From positions 48,794,001-48,858,000 of the forward strand of contig CM060731.1 in the NCBI GenBank assembly GCA_030704615.1: a DNA stretch of 64,000 nt, in the 5' to 3' direction. The translations under genes and the position numbers were made by a program. This document shows positions 12,056 to 26,313 of the stretch, in pieces (positions within the stretch are counted from its first letter, which is position 1; each line of letters begins with the position of its first letter). The DNA is from Takakia lepidozioides. Taxonomy: Eukaryota > Plantae > Bryophyta. A model generated the notes under the pieces. It was not told the origin of the DNA and did no database searches. It saw nothing but the letters and a program-made list of their open reading frames with translations.

Positions 12056-15000
12056 TACCACATTGTCCTTGACCTGTCCTGACCCATGGAGGATTTGACC
12101 GACCATCAACCTAAAAAGACCTCTTGTGTGTGTTGCTTGTGTCTGTAGTCAGGTAATGTCGGATTGGTCTGTGAGATCGAACCACCACGGCGTAGCTGAG
12201 TAGTCAGAGCTTGAAACACGCCTGCTAAGACCAAGCTGACTCTCCCAAGAACGGCGAGCTCGCTTCTCCTCATCTCCTCTCCTCCTCCTCTTCTCCTTTG
12301 TGCATCATTTGCTCAACGCCTCCATCCCACGCCCGTGCATATCCTGCTATCATCGCGTTCCATCCCTCAGCTATGTGGTGTGGCGCAGGAGACAAAAAAA
12401 CGCCAAGTCCCAGCCCTCCTTTCTGTTCACGATTACCCTAATGGGCAACCTTATTAGCAACTTTTTAACTTTTTTAAACCTAATGGGCAACCTTATTTGC
12501 ATTATATGTGCCTTCAAAATGACACGTGTAGTGATGTAGTCGTATAAATAGAGCTGTGAAACCATCTTTAGTCATGGAGTCATAAGATTCCATGAAACGT
12601 CGTCCACGTGTAGTCAAACATATCACACTAGTCATATAAACCATCCCTGTCATCATGGTCAACAATGTTTGACCAATGCTCCATAACTTTCCGGAGTCAT
12701 GTAGTGATATCCATTACTACAAAGTCATAAAACTATGACTGCAATGCATTTTAGTGCTCTGTAGTCATCTACCTAGTGCAGTTTTTATGACTCCGCCAAA
12801 GCCGTAGTCCTAAAAACGCTCATCTCTTGTAGTGCAAGGATGCTGTAAGCTGCAGGGAGAGGGGGCTGTAGTACCAGTAGTTAGTGGCGTAGAAGCTAGG
12901 GAACAGGGAGGGCAGACTGCAAATTGAAGATGAGCAAGAGGGTCCTCTATATGAGAGGGTAGTATGGGTTTATGGGTGTCAAAGAAGACCTTAATGTACT
13001 GGGTAACATAGCAGCTCTGAGGCATGCATGTAGTACAGACAGTAGGGTGTGTTAAGCTGGTGTAAGGCAAGAGATAGGGAGTGTGGAGGGGGGAAATTAC
13101 CATGAATTTGGTGTGTGTGTTGATGCAAGTGCTAGTGTAGGGCAGATCTGGTGGTGTTAACAGTGGTGGGACAACATACAGTCTCATATCATTTAGTGTA
13201 GTCTGGACGGTCCGTTGGAAGGGGGCTGGGCAAAATTTGGTCAGCTGCAGGTCACCCCCAGCAGGTTGATGCATGTATGAAGGACTTTCTAGAGGAATGA
13301 GAAAGCTGCAACAATCTCCTGAACCAATTTTGTATACCAACATAAGTCCTACAATTGGACTGAACCCCTCACTTAGATAGGTCTATCGCCTCTTCTTTTG
13401 CCCAAGAATGGATGCGGAAGGTCGAGCCTTAAGCCCTGGCCATGTTGGGGTCTGATTGCTGGGCGGGTCACACTCAGCAGATTCATGCATGTATGAAGGA
13501 CTTTCTAGAGGAATGAAGGAAAGCCTGAACCAAGAGTCTTCAACTCATACCAACTCTGAGATAAGTAATTGTTACAACATGCATGTACTATATGTCTGAA
13601 GCCAACTTTCATGTACAAACCCCGAAATAAGGAGGCACAAAGCGAGAGTCTGGTGCAATGAATTCTGCCAGTACTAGGTCTTCAATGAAAACATGAGAGT
13701 CTTACAACCATTCAGTCCTGCATAGCTGTGGACCTCATCCTCCAAAAACCCCTTAGAGGGGTCTACGACTATTATGCCCCTCTTACTTTCTGGGATGAGT
13801 TCCAGAAACTCTTGTACCCATCCCTCTCCCATATCTACATGGTACCCCCAATCCACAACACCATCCCCTTCATAGCGGCTGGTTGTGTGGTGTCAGGTCT
13901 TCAACACAAGCCTGTCCACGAAACCTAACAGCACATGGCACAAAACCACAGCTCATTGCTCCTCTTCATCCATTGTGTAGAAACACTTCAGGTCGCCCAT
14001 GTGGACTGTCATTGTCCTTACTCCTCCTTGGATTTTGTAAACCCACACTTTGTCTTGTCCCTCTTCCGTTTGCACCTTTTCAAGAAGGCGCAAGATGACC
14101 TCATGGGGAATATGGGCTGGCAATTCTTCAAATCTTGCATAAATCTTGCGGAGCCTGAAAGCTACACCCGCCCCAAATCCCATTGCAACCCTCAACTTGA
14201 TATAGTAGTCTCCTCGGAATATGTAAGTACTATAGTGTGTGGAGAAGATGACTCCAAAGAGCTATGACTTTCTTAGAAGAACACCAGGAAAACAACGTAT
14301 ACAGGAGACGATTTGGGTAACCCTAAGATAACAACAGAACTTCCTGATACTCCCTCTTGAAAGAGATGATGTGAAGAAAAACAACGATGAATCACATGAA
14401 ACACATAATGACCCTGTGCTTATATTCAATTTTTCAACTTGCTCTTCCACAAGGTCTTGATGGGACAAACGTGAACTCCCCACTAGCAGAAAAAGCACCT
14501 ATGTATATCCCATCGAGGGTTGCACTGTGTAACGGCTGCACCGTTACACATGGCATTTGCATCTGTTTGTCATCCATCCGTTCTGTGTAATCATCCCCCT
14601 GTCGGATTTATCAGCTTCACTTCTTCTCCTCTTATTCAATCGAGGTTAAGTAAAGTCTTTGTCGCTGGAGAATGAACCTAGCTTTGTAAACTGTTGTTAT
14701 GTACACATACACAATGAATACATCGTTCCTCTTGTGCTCAACATTCTAGAAGCGCTAATGTGAATGCTCGTCACAGTTCGAATAAAACAACCAACTTGAA
14801 GATGCACGTGGGTTTTTCAGACTCCAGCTTGTCCTGCTCTTGTGCAATTCATGTGTAACAATATGTCAGATTTGCAGCATGACGCTACCATTCCAACACA
14901 ATATCAGTAACCCATACGGAATGCAACATTGTACATGGCCCAATATGAATGCAAGTGGCAGTATGAACAGGAACCCTAAAAGACCAGATGCATTGAGGTT

Positions 15001-16220
15001 TTGTGAGCATAACCTGTTGTAGTGTTACTCAATTCACATCTGTAGTATCTTATTTTGCATGTGAGAGGGAGTGGCGAAGACTTCGACAATCTTAGTCTGC
15101 ATGGGGTTGGGTTGGCTTGTGTGTCACAGAATAGAATGTCCATGCCAGGTTACAATTTACATATTTTACCAGCAACAGAACCTGGTGCGAAATTGAAGCA
15201 TAACAAATCGCCATTGAGAACATAACTGTGAGAACCATGGTTCAGACCGTGGATATAATCGTGTGACACTGTGACCTCATGTCTGGAGGCATAAGTCTGG
15301 AGGCATAAGTCCTGAATTCTGTGAAAGAAAGACTCCAATGAAGGTAGATACGGGAACAACTGTTTTCTCGAATACCCCATTTGGATCGCCGATGTGCATC
15401 CCATAGAACGATGAAGTCTGTAACGTCTGCAAGATTACACAAGAAGTTTCATCCATTCTTCTGTCAGTTGTCTTTTCATCCGCCAACCATCATCTGACAC
15501 TATCATCCTCAACCCTCATGTTCTGCCGCTATTCATCCCATCGACGGATGAAATATGTGTGCATGCACGGTTACACATGATTGTCCATCCATTCTTTTCT
15601 CAGTTTCCTTTTCATCCGCAGATCATCAGCATCATCACAACAGGGACCGTAAGAAGATGAACTTGCAACTGAGCAGAGTACACAATGATCTGTGACGGTT
15701 TTGTGGACATACCAACGCCATTAGCCATAATACTGTCCAACTGAAACAGCCTCCACAGGTACAGTCAAGCACACCTTCCTCTTACGCGCCAAAACAACGT
15801 GAGGTTTGAGGAGGAGACTGTTTACACGAGTATTGTGGAGAAAATGTGTCATATGGAGCTTGGTTGCTTCGCCTTCATGAGGAGCGGCAATCGACGAGGT
15901 TGATCTTTGTTGCGAAATGGAATCCAGTTGCTGCCGCCGGTGAGGATCGGAATTGAGTGCATTTCATGAACTGAATGTCTATGATGTTTGAGAAAGTAAG
16001 GTTGCATTTTCCTCCTCTTCTTTTCGTAAGGCTGCATAGGTTATAGCCTTCGCGCCATCCGATAATATTCCGACTCTTGCACTCGGAACAGCTGCTTATG
16101 TGACCATCTGCCTGAAAGCCCCAAAAAACAGTGAAACATGGGAAGCGGCATATGTTTAGTTTCTTCAGTTCTCAAAATCAGTAATGTATATCTTCATTGT
16201 TTTTTAAGGAGGCAGTATAC

Positions 16221-17241
16221 AATGGAGGTGAACCTCACTCGTTCGAGACCAGGGCTGGTTAAGCGTCCTCATGAAGATTTTGCTTTCAGAATGTTGATGA
16301 ATGCTCAATCGGTCTGGGCCGAGGATGGCAGTGTAGCAGGGTTGGCGGTTTCGCAGCTCTAGTCATTGGTGACCTGGCAGACCGCATTTGAACTGGCATA
16401 TGTTCAATCGCAGCTTAAGTCGCAATTGGAAAAGCACACTCGCACTTAAGTTTGGGCAAAGGCAGACACATTTGAGGGCGTTTGTTTTTGGTACCGGGGT
16501 TTCCAACTTCCTTTGGGCTGCTTTTCCATTACGAACTCAGGTCATGGCATACTATTCAGGTACGAATGGCAGTCTTATTGAAGTTGCCATTGAAGATCCC
16601 CGCGATATCTCGGATGTGCTGCAACCGCGATTGGCAGGGACACGCACTGTCGTTGCAAACATTTTGTTTGGTTCCAGCATGGAGAAATCAGTGTGTCTGG
16701 AAGGAATAGTGTTGTTGTACAAGCCGAATGCCCCAAAGTCATATGCTATGCAATATGTGACTAGGGGGTTGCTTTGTGTATTTGGGATGTGATTGCATGT
16801 GCTGCATAGGCAAAAGGATTTCATGTGGACACAACCACGAAGGCTCGGATTTCTGGGGAGTACTTGTGGTTGGAGGTGAACCTGCGGAGTCCTCAGAAGA
16901 TCTTCAGCATTGTGGAGGCAGACGAGACCGGGTTCCTATCCAAGGTCCCCATTGTGGACCTGAAGAAGACCCTCGCTGGTATAAAAACTAACGTGATGGT
17001 GAAGGGTAGCTTTACAGTGCGACTAAAAAAGCAGTATAGGGTTGAGAGAGGAGAGCATAGTGTTAGTTGGTTGTTGGGGCTCACTCCCACTACTGCTTTT
17101 TTGATTGACAAAACCGACATCGATAAGACTTCTGCCATGGATGAGCTCGTGCAGGACTTGGGTGCTCTTAGAGTCAGTCCAGCCCTCTCAGGTTTGCTTG
17201 TAGGTGGGGCAGGATCGTCCACGCCAAAATCTGAGAAGTAA
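16221..17241 (+). CDS. Orphan multi-exon ORF inside the MULE (possibly degenerate)
   Basis: Three consecutive coding-like segments (MEVNLTRSRP.., VMAYYSGTNG.. after a CAG acceptor at ~16540, and ..DTTTKARISGEY..SEK* ending at 17241). An internal stop occurs at ~16360. No family recognised. Confidence 0.4.
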
Positions 17242-18330
17242 TTGATAATGCTTCATAGAAGACACGGTCGGCGGCTTAAGGTGGGGATCCAATTGAGTGC
17301 ATGTGTTTGCTCTTTCAAAAACTGAGGCTAGAGTTTGTGGGGCAGTTCATAAGTATTTCTGAACTAGAGGAATTGCTTGGTCGTTCAGTACTGCCTCGTT
17401 TGCACCAGAAGTGCATAAGGGGTTGCATGCAAATGTGCATGTTCCATGCTGAAGATCTGAACAAATGCTACTGAAGCAAGCATGGTGTGGTCTGATTGCA
17501 TGTGTTTGTCCCCCAGCTTCAAGAGGGCTGTGGGTGAAGTGAAATTCAATTATGAAGGGTACCTGACAGTTGGTAAAGGCACCCTTCAATCCATAGTCAT
17601 CCATATGTTCACACAGAACTTGCTGAGATTTAATTAAATGCATATGAAACCAATAGGCATTTATGCATAATATTGTTTGCTTTCGTAATCTTCCTTACCT
17701 GGGGTGATACCTTCAAGATTACATTCAATTGGCCTATAGCAATTAGCAGAAGGGAAGGGACATTTCTTATGTGTCACTTACCCTTCTACATACAGGTCAC
17801 ATGGGAAGTATGTAAATTTAGAAGGAATGATTTTGCAGCTCCCATGATGCTGGCAAGGCAGGCTTGCATTTGTGCACCCTGAAATCAGAACACATAAGTG
17901 GATGAAGTAGAAGAAGTGTATATTCCTTGGGAGATAGGGATGGATACAAATTGGGGCCGAAGTATGAAAGGACATTTGAACAGTTATTTTTTTTTTGGTT
18001 GACGGGCACCATTGTTGTAGAGAAGTGCACAGGCTTCGGTGAAGATGGGGGAGAGCAGGTATACGAGGAGGGGAAACATCAGCATATTCAATCCTTTCAT
18101 GTGTTAGAATGAAAGACAACGGCAAAGAGAGATGGGGGATGGAGAGGCCCATGTGTTCAAACATTGTGCCATAGACATGGAAATGTATGGACCACAACGT
18201 CCCGAATTTCGTATGTTGGTGCAATCACGGTTGGTGCGCATTATAGTCAACCATGATGCCGCTGTGGAGTTTATTTCCGAGCCTGATATCAGGTGCAAGA
18301 AATTTAATGAGAACAACACCAGGGACATTG

Positions 18331-20428
18331 TTAAGAACCACCAGGAACTGAAATGTAGTAGCACGAACCGTGGTAAGGGCAATACACACCTGGTGGACAA
18401 GGAAGCCAGCCCATGTTGACATCCTCCCGATGCTTCAAAATTTTGTTCAAGTCCTTCAAGACTTTTTTCTTGCCCCCTGCACCATCAGTTGGTATACTCC
18501 CACACCATAATATTTTGAAGGCAATAGGATTCAGAACGGCGAGGTCACGCACAGCCCTGCATCGGACCTCGCGCATGAAACAATGCAGATCTTCAAAAAG
18601 GTGTTCGCAGTCCTCTTTCCGCACTCCCCAAAGGGCTGCAAGCCCTTCACGCACCTGGGTTCGGGCTTCCTCGTATGAGGGCATGCCTTCGTACATGAAG
18701 TATCCAATCTGCAGGAAAGTCTCACCCGCATTTGTAATGGCACACTGGCCATCTTCTGTGTCGAGAAGATGATTTCGGAGAGTTAACAAGATGGAGTTTC
18801 GGGGAATTGACATAGGTTTCATGTTGTGAACGTGAGACATCCAAACCAGACGGAACACCCTGCTGAAAAGCGGAATGTTTGGAGGTGGAGCGTGGTGGCG
18901 AGCAGCCTCAAGAATGACCATCAACCTATCAGATTCATCCTCAGAATGTGTGAACATATCGGGGGGCAACTCAGGGATCTCACCTACTGCAACAATTTGG
19001 TACAGAGGGGACCAACCCCAGATTCCCTCCTGTTTCTCATCATATTGTTCTCTATCCCATTTTGCCATGTTGTCGTCAACAAACTGCCTTCTACGAGCCT
19101 CCAACTCAGACTGGGCTGCAATTCCTTTCATTTCGAAATCCAGCAATGCCATGGCATACTTGTGATGTGCCATCACCAGTTGGCATTCCGCCAACTGAGC
19201 GGGATGGTCACGAGTTACTCCAGGACGTATGGCAAATAGCTCCACCACATTTTCCACAGCTGCCTTCTCCTCTAGAGGTGCATCAAACTGCTCCCCCGCC
19301 ATTGCAGAGTCATGGAGCTGGTCAGTAATAGAGGAAGAGTAACCAAAAACCCTAAACTTGAAAGGCAACTTCAAACAAAATGCAAAGACACGCATCATCA
19401 AAGAAGGAGTTGTGACCATGAAGGTGCAGGCCAAGAAGAAGGTGTGTTACCCGTCGTTTAAGCCACCATTGACCGAAAGCGTTGCCCATCATTTGGTCCC
19501 CGAACTCAAATTTCCCAATAAGAGCCATAAGACGATTGAGAAAAGAAGGCTCGTCCAGAGATGGAAATCCGTCGGGCAACAAGTCGAACTTCATCAAATA
19601 GGTCAGTCCTGGGCATGAAACAGGTGCGGGTATGGGAGGCACAACAATATCTGAGGTCAGTAGCAACGACGCCTTGACAAAGCCTTCCCTTGCCTCTTCT
19701 CTACTTAGCGGTGCAAGGGTTGTGGACTTAAGAATGCGCACTGGAGGTCTGCCATCTTGTCTACATGAAGATGCAACTCCAACGTGCACTTTGGGTCGAA
19801 GACTTTGCTGCGGCACGGCAGGAGGTCGTACAAACGTAGAGTTTACAATGCGCTCAGATGGAAGACTTTCCTGTGATGGCAGAGGTGCGTCCAATGAGTC
19901 CTTTTGAATGCGCTGAGGTCTGACAGTCTGCTGTGGCAGCGCAGGTGGTGCGTCCAACAACTGGAAATTGTCATCGTCATCATCATCGTCAAGGTCCATT
20001 CCCGGCTCCTTCCGAAGAGTCATGTGCTTCCTGCGCTTAGGTTCTCGTGTAGTCTCTTCTGTCGTCGTCTCCTCGCGTTCTACCCTCGTCTTCATCAACT
20101 TGCAGGAAGGAGGCTTCATCCCATGCTTACTAAGAACAGCCTCCATGATGTGCCTCTGCCCCTTTTCAAAAACAGGGTACATTTTCAATTTAGGCCCACC
20201 CTTTCCCACAACAGCATCACAGCCATTTATCCTGTGAATGTTAAGTTTCTTCTTATCTTTATATTGCTTAAGACAATGGATACACTTGAACGGCTTCCTA
20301 TTATCATCACCGGGCTGCTCAACCCTTGCCTCTGAGTGAGCCTCGCATATGAGATTTTCCCACTCATCAGAGTCGTACGTTTCATTGTATGTCCGACGCG
20401 CTTCGCGCATGGAGGATTGTTTCATCAT
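18331..20428 (-). CDS. Two-exon ~650-aa unknown protein with N-terminal C2HC/C2H2-like zinc finger (MULE accessory gene candidate)
   Basis: Long ORFs 19352-20485 and 18331-19434 are joined in frame by a phase-0 GT..AG intron at 19450-19318 (CGG|GTAACAC ... TACTGACCAG|CTC). Features are FKCIHCLKQYKDKKKLNIHRINGC, a basic NLS-like PKRRKH, a poly-D tract, a Pro-rich linker and a helical C-terminal domain. Confidence 0.7.
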
Positions 20429-21012
20429 ATCGGCGCCCACTCCAAATCCACTACCCTCCTCCTGAAGAATCCTCCAGCCGAGCAAAGGTTGCTGGAATGT
20501 GAAAGCAAGAACTCAAACTAAAACATAAAGCATGCAAATGGACTGCAACAGACAGAAATGGCAAGCAAGAGGAAGAAAATAGCTGCAAATCACACGAATG
20601 ACTTCCAAATTCTCCAAAAAGAAACCCTATACTCAAGTCGAATGAGTAATCACTTTACCGCCACAACTAGTCAACAGTTTATAACAGCCGCGATGCATAC
20701 TCCTCAAGGAAGTGCTTGTAACACCGCTTCCGCCGGGATCATACATTTCGGGCCATGCAAACGCCAGGTAGCTTGGAAAACCTGTCCTGTGGCTGCCATG
20801 AATTAAATCAATCAAGCATCTACGTAGCTGAAGGGCCGCATTCGAATCGACAGGTCCACCTTCGAATCGACAGGTCCACCATGTTCGTGCGAACTGGACG
20901 CGAAAAGCACGAAAGGATGAGTATGTGTCACATCATGTCATGTCAAGCCGTCCATCATCATGGGTGATTGCAGCACATGGATCATGTTGCATCTCATCCA
21001 TCTTTCGTCATG

Positions 21013-21282
21013 CGATGTGTCCCGCACGTGATGTTGGGTTGTGGTGACAGGTGTCATGTGCCACAAAGTTCATGTGGTGTGGTGACGGACGGCGGGCGGG
21101 GAGGGCGGGCGGGCAGGGGGATGGGGGGGGGGTGAGGGGTGGGCTGGCGTGGGGGTGAGGGGGCGCCGGGCCGCAGCGACCGCGAGCCGCACAGGAGCCG
21201 GCGAAGGGGGTGCGGCTGGGGTGCCACGCACGCAGTACCGAAGGGGTCGCATTAAACTCCCAGGCCTTTTCTAATGTGCGCC
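21013..21282 (-). repeat. Right terminal inverted repeat of the MULE (G-rich on + strand)
   Basis: Reverse complement of 1744-2041, with indels in the homopolymeric G/C tracts. Confidence 0.93.
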
Positions 21283-22825
21283 ATCTGGGTGTGTAGATGC
21301 TCCAAGCCACGAGGAAAGTAGAATCTGTGTTTTATTTCCTGTGGGATGTGCCAGCCAGGTTGTTTGGATTTTGATTGAAATGGGTAATGGCAGGAAAGCA
21401 AGCCAACACTGTGTTTCACAAGAAGTTTGAAATAGATGGTGGAAAGATTCGGTGATGGGCAGTCCAGGGAGGAACAAAAAATGATAGCAGACATCAGTTG
21501 CACTGATCAGAAACTCAGAAGGCCTTGTTGCATCTATTTCAGCTGCAGTTGAGGTCGTGTCCCTCTCTTCAAACTGGGCTGCATCTATGGCCACAACGCT
21601 CTATTCTCTACGTCCATTATGGTGGTTCGACAACCTGAAGATCCATTTGTTTCGTGGGCACTCACTCAACTCTAGTGACAAAAGGAGAGAATCAAATAGC
21701 AAACAATTGTCAGTAACAGTATAAAGAGAGATGCTATGTTTGCTATGGTGTACCTGCACGGGCACTATTCCCAGGGCAATTCCCTAGTCTGCATTGGCAA
21801 GTTCTCACCCACAAGGGTGATTGGCTATAAAATCAGCCCAAACCTGTCCTCCTGCTCAGTCACAGCCAGCAAGATTATGATTCAAGGGCTCAAAATGAGA
21901 ATTTTTTGAAAAGCATTATGTTAAATGCAGCTAATGCAGCCCTACGATGAAAACAAGCGAGAATACAAGAGAAAAAATTATCGTCAATGTAGCTAGGGTT
22001 AGCTTGTCTCTGTAAGACTGTACCGCTGGCAAAATGTGGCTCTCTCTTCATCTTTCACTCCCTTAAAAGCATGCATTGACAGTTGAAGAAAAGTTAAAAC
22101 AAGTCAAGAGGACCATCTAAGGAATGAGATCCGTAATCAATTAAAAAATGTGTGTCTCGACCAAAAGCTGAAAATTTAAGTGCTGTGATTTGGGACACCT
22201 TCACAAGCAGGGTTGATTAAAAACGGAGCAATCTCGATACAGTAACCTAAGTCAGTCTACCAAAGCACTTGCCTTCATGGCGTGCTGAAAGGATAATGGG
22301 CAGACAACAGTGACAGAGACACACCACAGCACGGACGAGCATGGACTTACTATGAGACCTATAACCTTAAATTGAGCTCTCAATCGCCTATGAATTGTAA
22401 TTCAGCATGTGACACACAGTTTCGAGAAGAAACCCAACTCACACCCGACCGAACACAGCCTGCGTCACTTGGGGAGGGCGAGGCCACAACTTTTGCAATC
22501 CTCCAGAAAAACGTTAGCCCAAGTTCCAGATTCCATCTCCATCACCAAATTATGTCATGAGCAACACAATTTTGAAGACACTCTTCACTCCAGAGTTCGA
22601 TTTAGTAACCAAGTTGGCAGATTACCTTGTCCATCTTCTTCCTCCCTTTGCGAAAGAATGAATTCATTGGGAAACTTGCCCATTGCCCAGAGCCTGATCT
22701 CCAGAACAGGGATCAACCCTCATTCACTGGGGTCTTCCATAGATGAAACACTATATGGATAAATGTATACAACACTCACCGTAAGATTAAAATACGTAGG
22801 AATCTTCAACCGTTGGATCTATATT

Positions 22826-22878
22826 AACCCTAACCGGGGCTCCAACCCCAGATCCTCCTGGAGGTTAGGTTAGGGTTT
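22826..22878. promoter_or_regulatory. Telo-box elements in the RPL7a promoter
   Basis: AACCCTAA at 22826-22833 and TTAGGGTTT at 22870-22878, the latter also at 37110-37118 in copy 2. Telo-boxes are typical of plant ribosomal protein promoters. Confidence 0.65.
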
Positions 22879-22971
22879 GAGAGGCAGCTTGAGGCGAGGG
22901 GAGGACAAAGTAAGTCTCTTTGCGAAGCTTCGTCTTCCGTCCTCTCGCCGCCATCGCCAGACGTTGCTGCA

Positions 22972-25729
<2,758 letters not shown>

Positions 25730-26313
25730 GAGACTTGTCCCAGTAGTCTTGTTGTGCCAGACGTCTTCATGGAAGCAAATTGTTTTTAGGTATGATGAAG
25801 AGTATGCGGTCATACCAGATACGCCTACTTCCAAACAAAGATCGATGAAGAGTTCTATTTTGAGAGTCTTGCCTGTCAAAGCTATGATTCATTAGTGCGG
25901 CTTTTTATGTATAAATTTTCACATGCCTGACAAGATAGGAAGCTGATGCTGATTAAGAGTGTTACCACGAGTTATACCAGATAATCATGCAACCTATCTA
26001 CCAACCGTGGATGGTATGAGTGTCGAAGGACCAAAAACGAGTTGCCTGTGGGAAGTTCTATCAACCCTGATGACTTTTTCATCAACTTGGGAAGGGTGAA
26101 CAGAAGCTTGAGTGAATATAACAGCTTGGATTAATGAGTTTTATGTGCTCCATTGGGGTGTCTGGGAAGGATCAATGTACTGAAATTCCCTTATCGTTAC
26201 CTTCTCAGAGGGGATGTTTTCATCCTGACTAGAGGAGGAACCATAACTCGTAAGACACCTAGGGCCTTACAAAATTCGGAGTATGATGATTTGGGGGTGA
26301 TGGAGGGGACATG

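Larger units (their letters stand above)
6241..12834. mobile_element. Non-autonomous CACTA (En/Spm) element carrying a PPR gene (Pack-CACTA)
   Basis: Termini CACTACAACAGATGAGTGTTTTTA and TAAAAACGCTCATCTCTTGTAGTG are imperfect inverted repeats. The 3-bp TSD CAA is at 6238-6240 and 12835-12837. Many ATGACT/AGTCAT subterminal repeats occur at both ends. No TnpA/TnpD ORF was seen. Confidence 0.92.
1744..21282 (+). mobile_element. Giant (19.5 kb) Mutator-like DNA transposon (MULE) with cargo
   Basis: The left end GGCGCACATTAGAAAAGCCCTGGGAGTTTAATGCGACCCC is the near-exact reverse complement of the right end. The 9-bp TSD ATCTGGGTG sits at 1735-1743 and 21283-21291. A MULE-type transposase lies inside, and a single-copy empty site is at 35978-35986. 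Confidence 0.95.

Noticed and set aside
13674-14267. Possible second transposase (GDLKCF motif), also the region 3740-5130
   Set aside because: Stop-riddled with no recognisable catalytic motif set; left unassigned.
20841-20880. Exact 20-bp tandem duplication (also a 14-bp one at ~15281-15308)
   Set aside because: Two-copy slippage events without spacers; not CRISPR-like.
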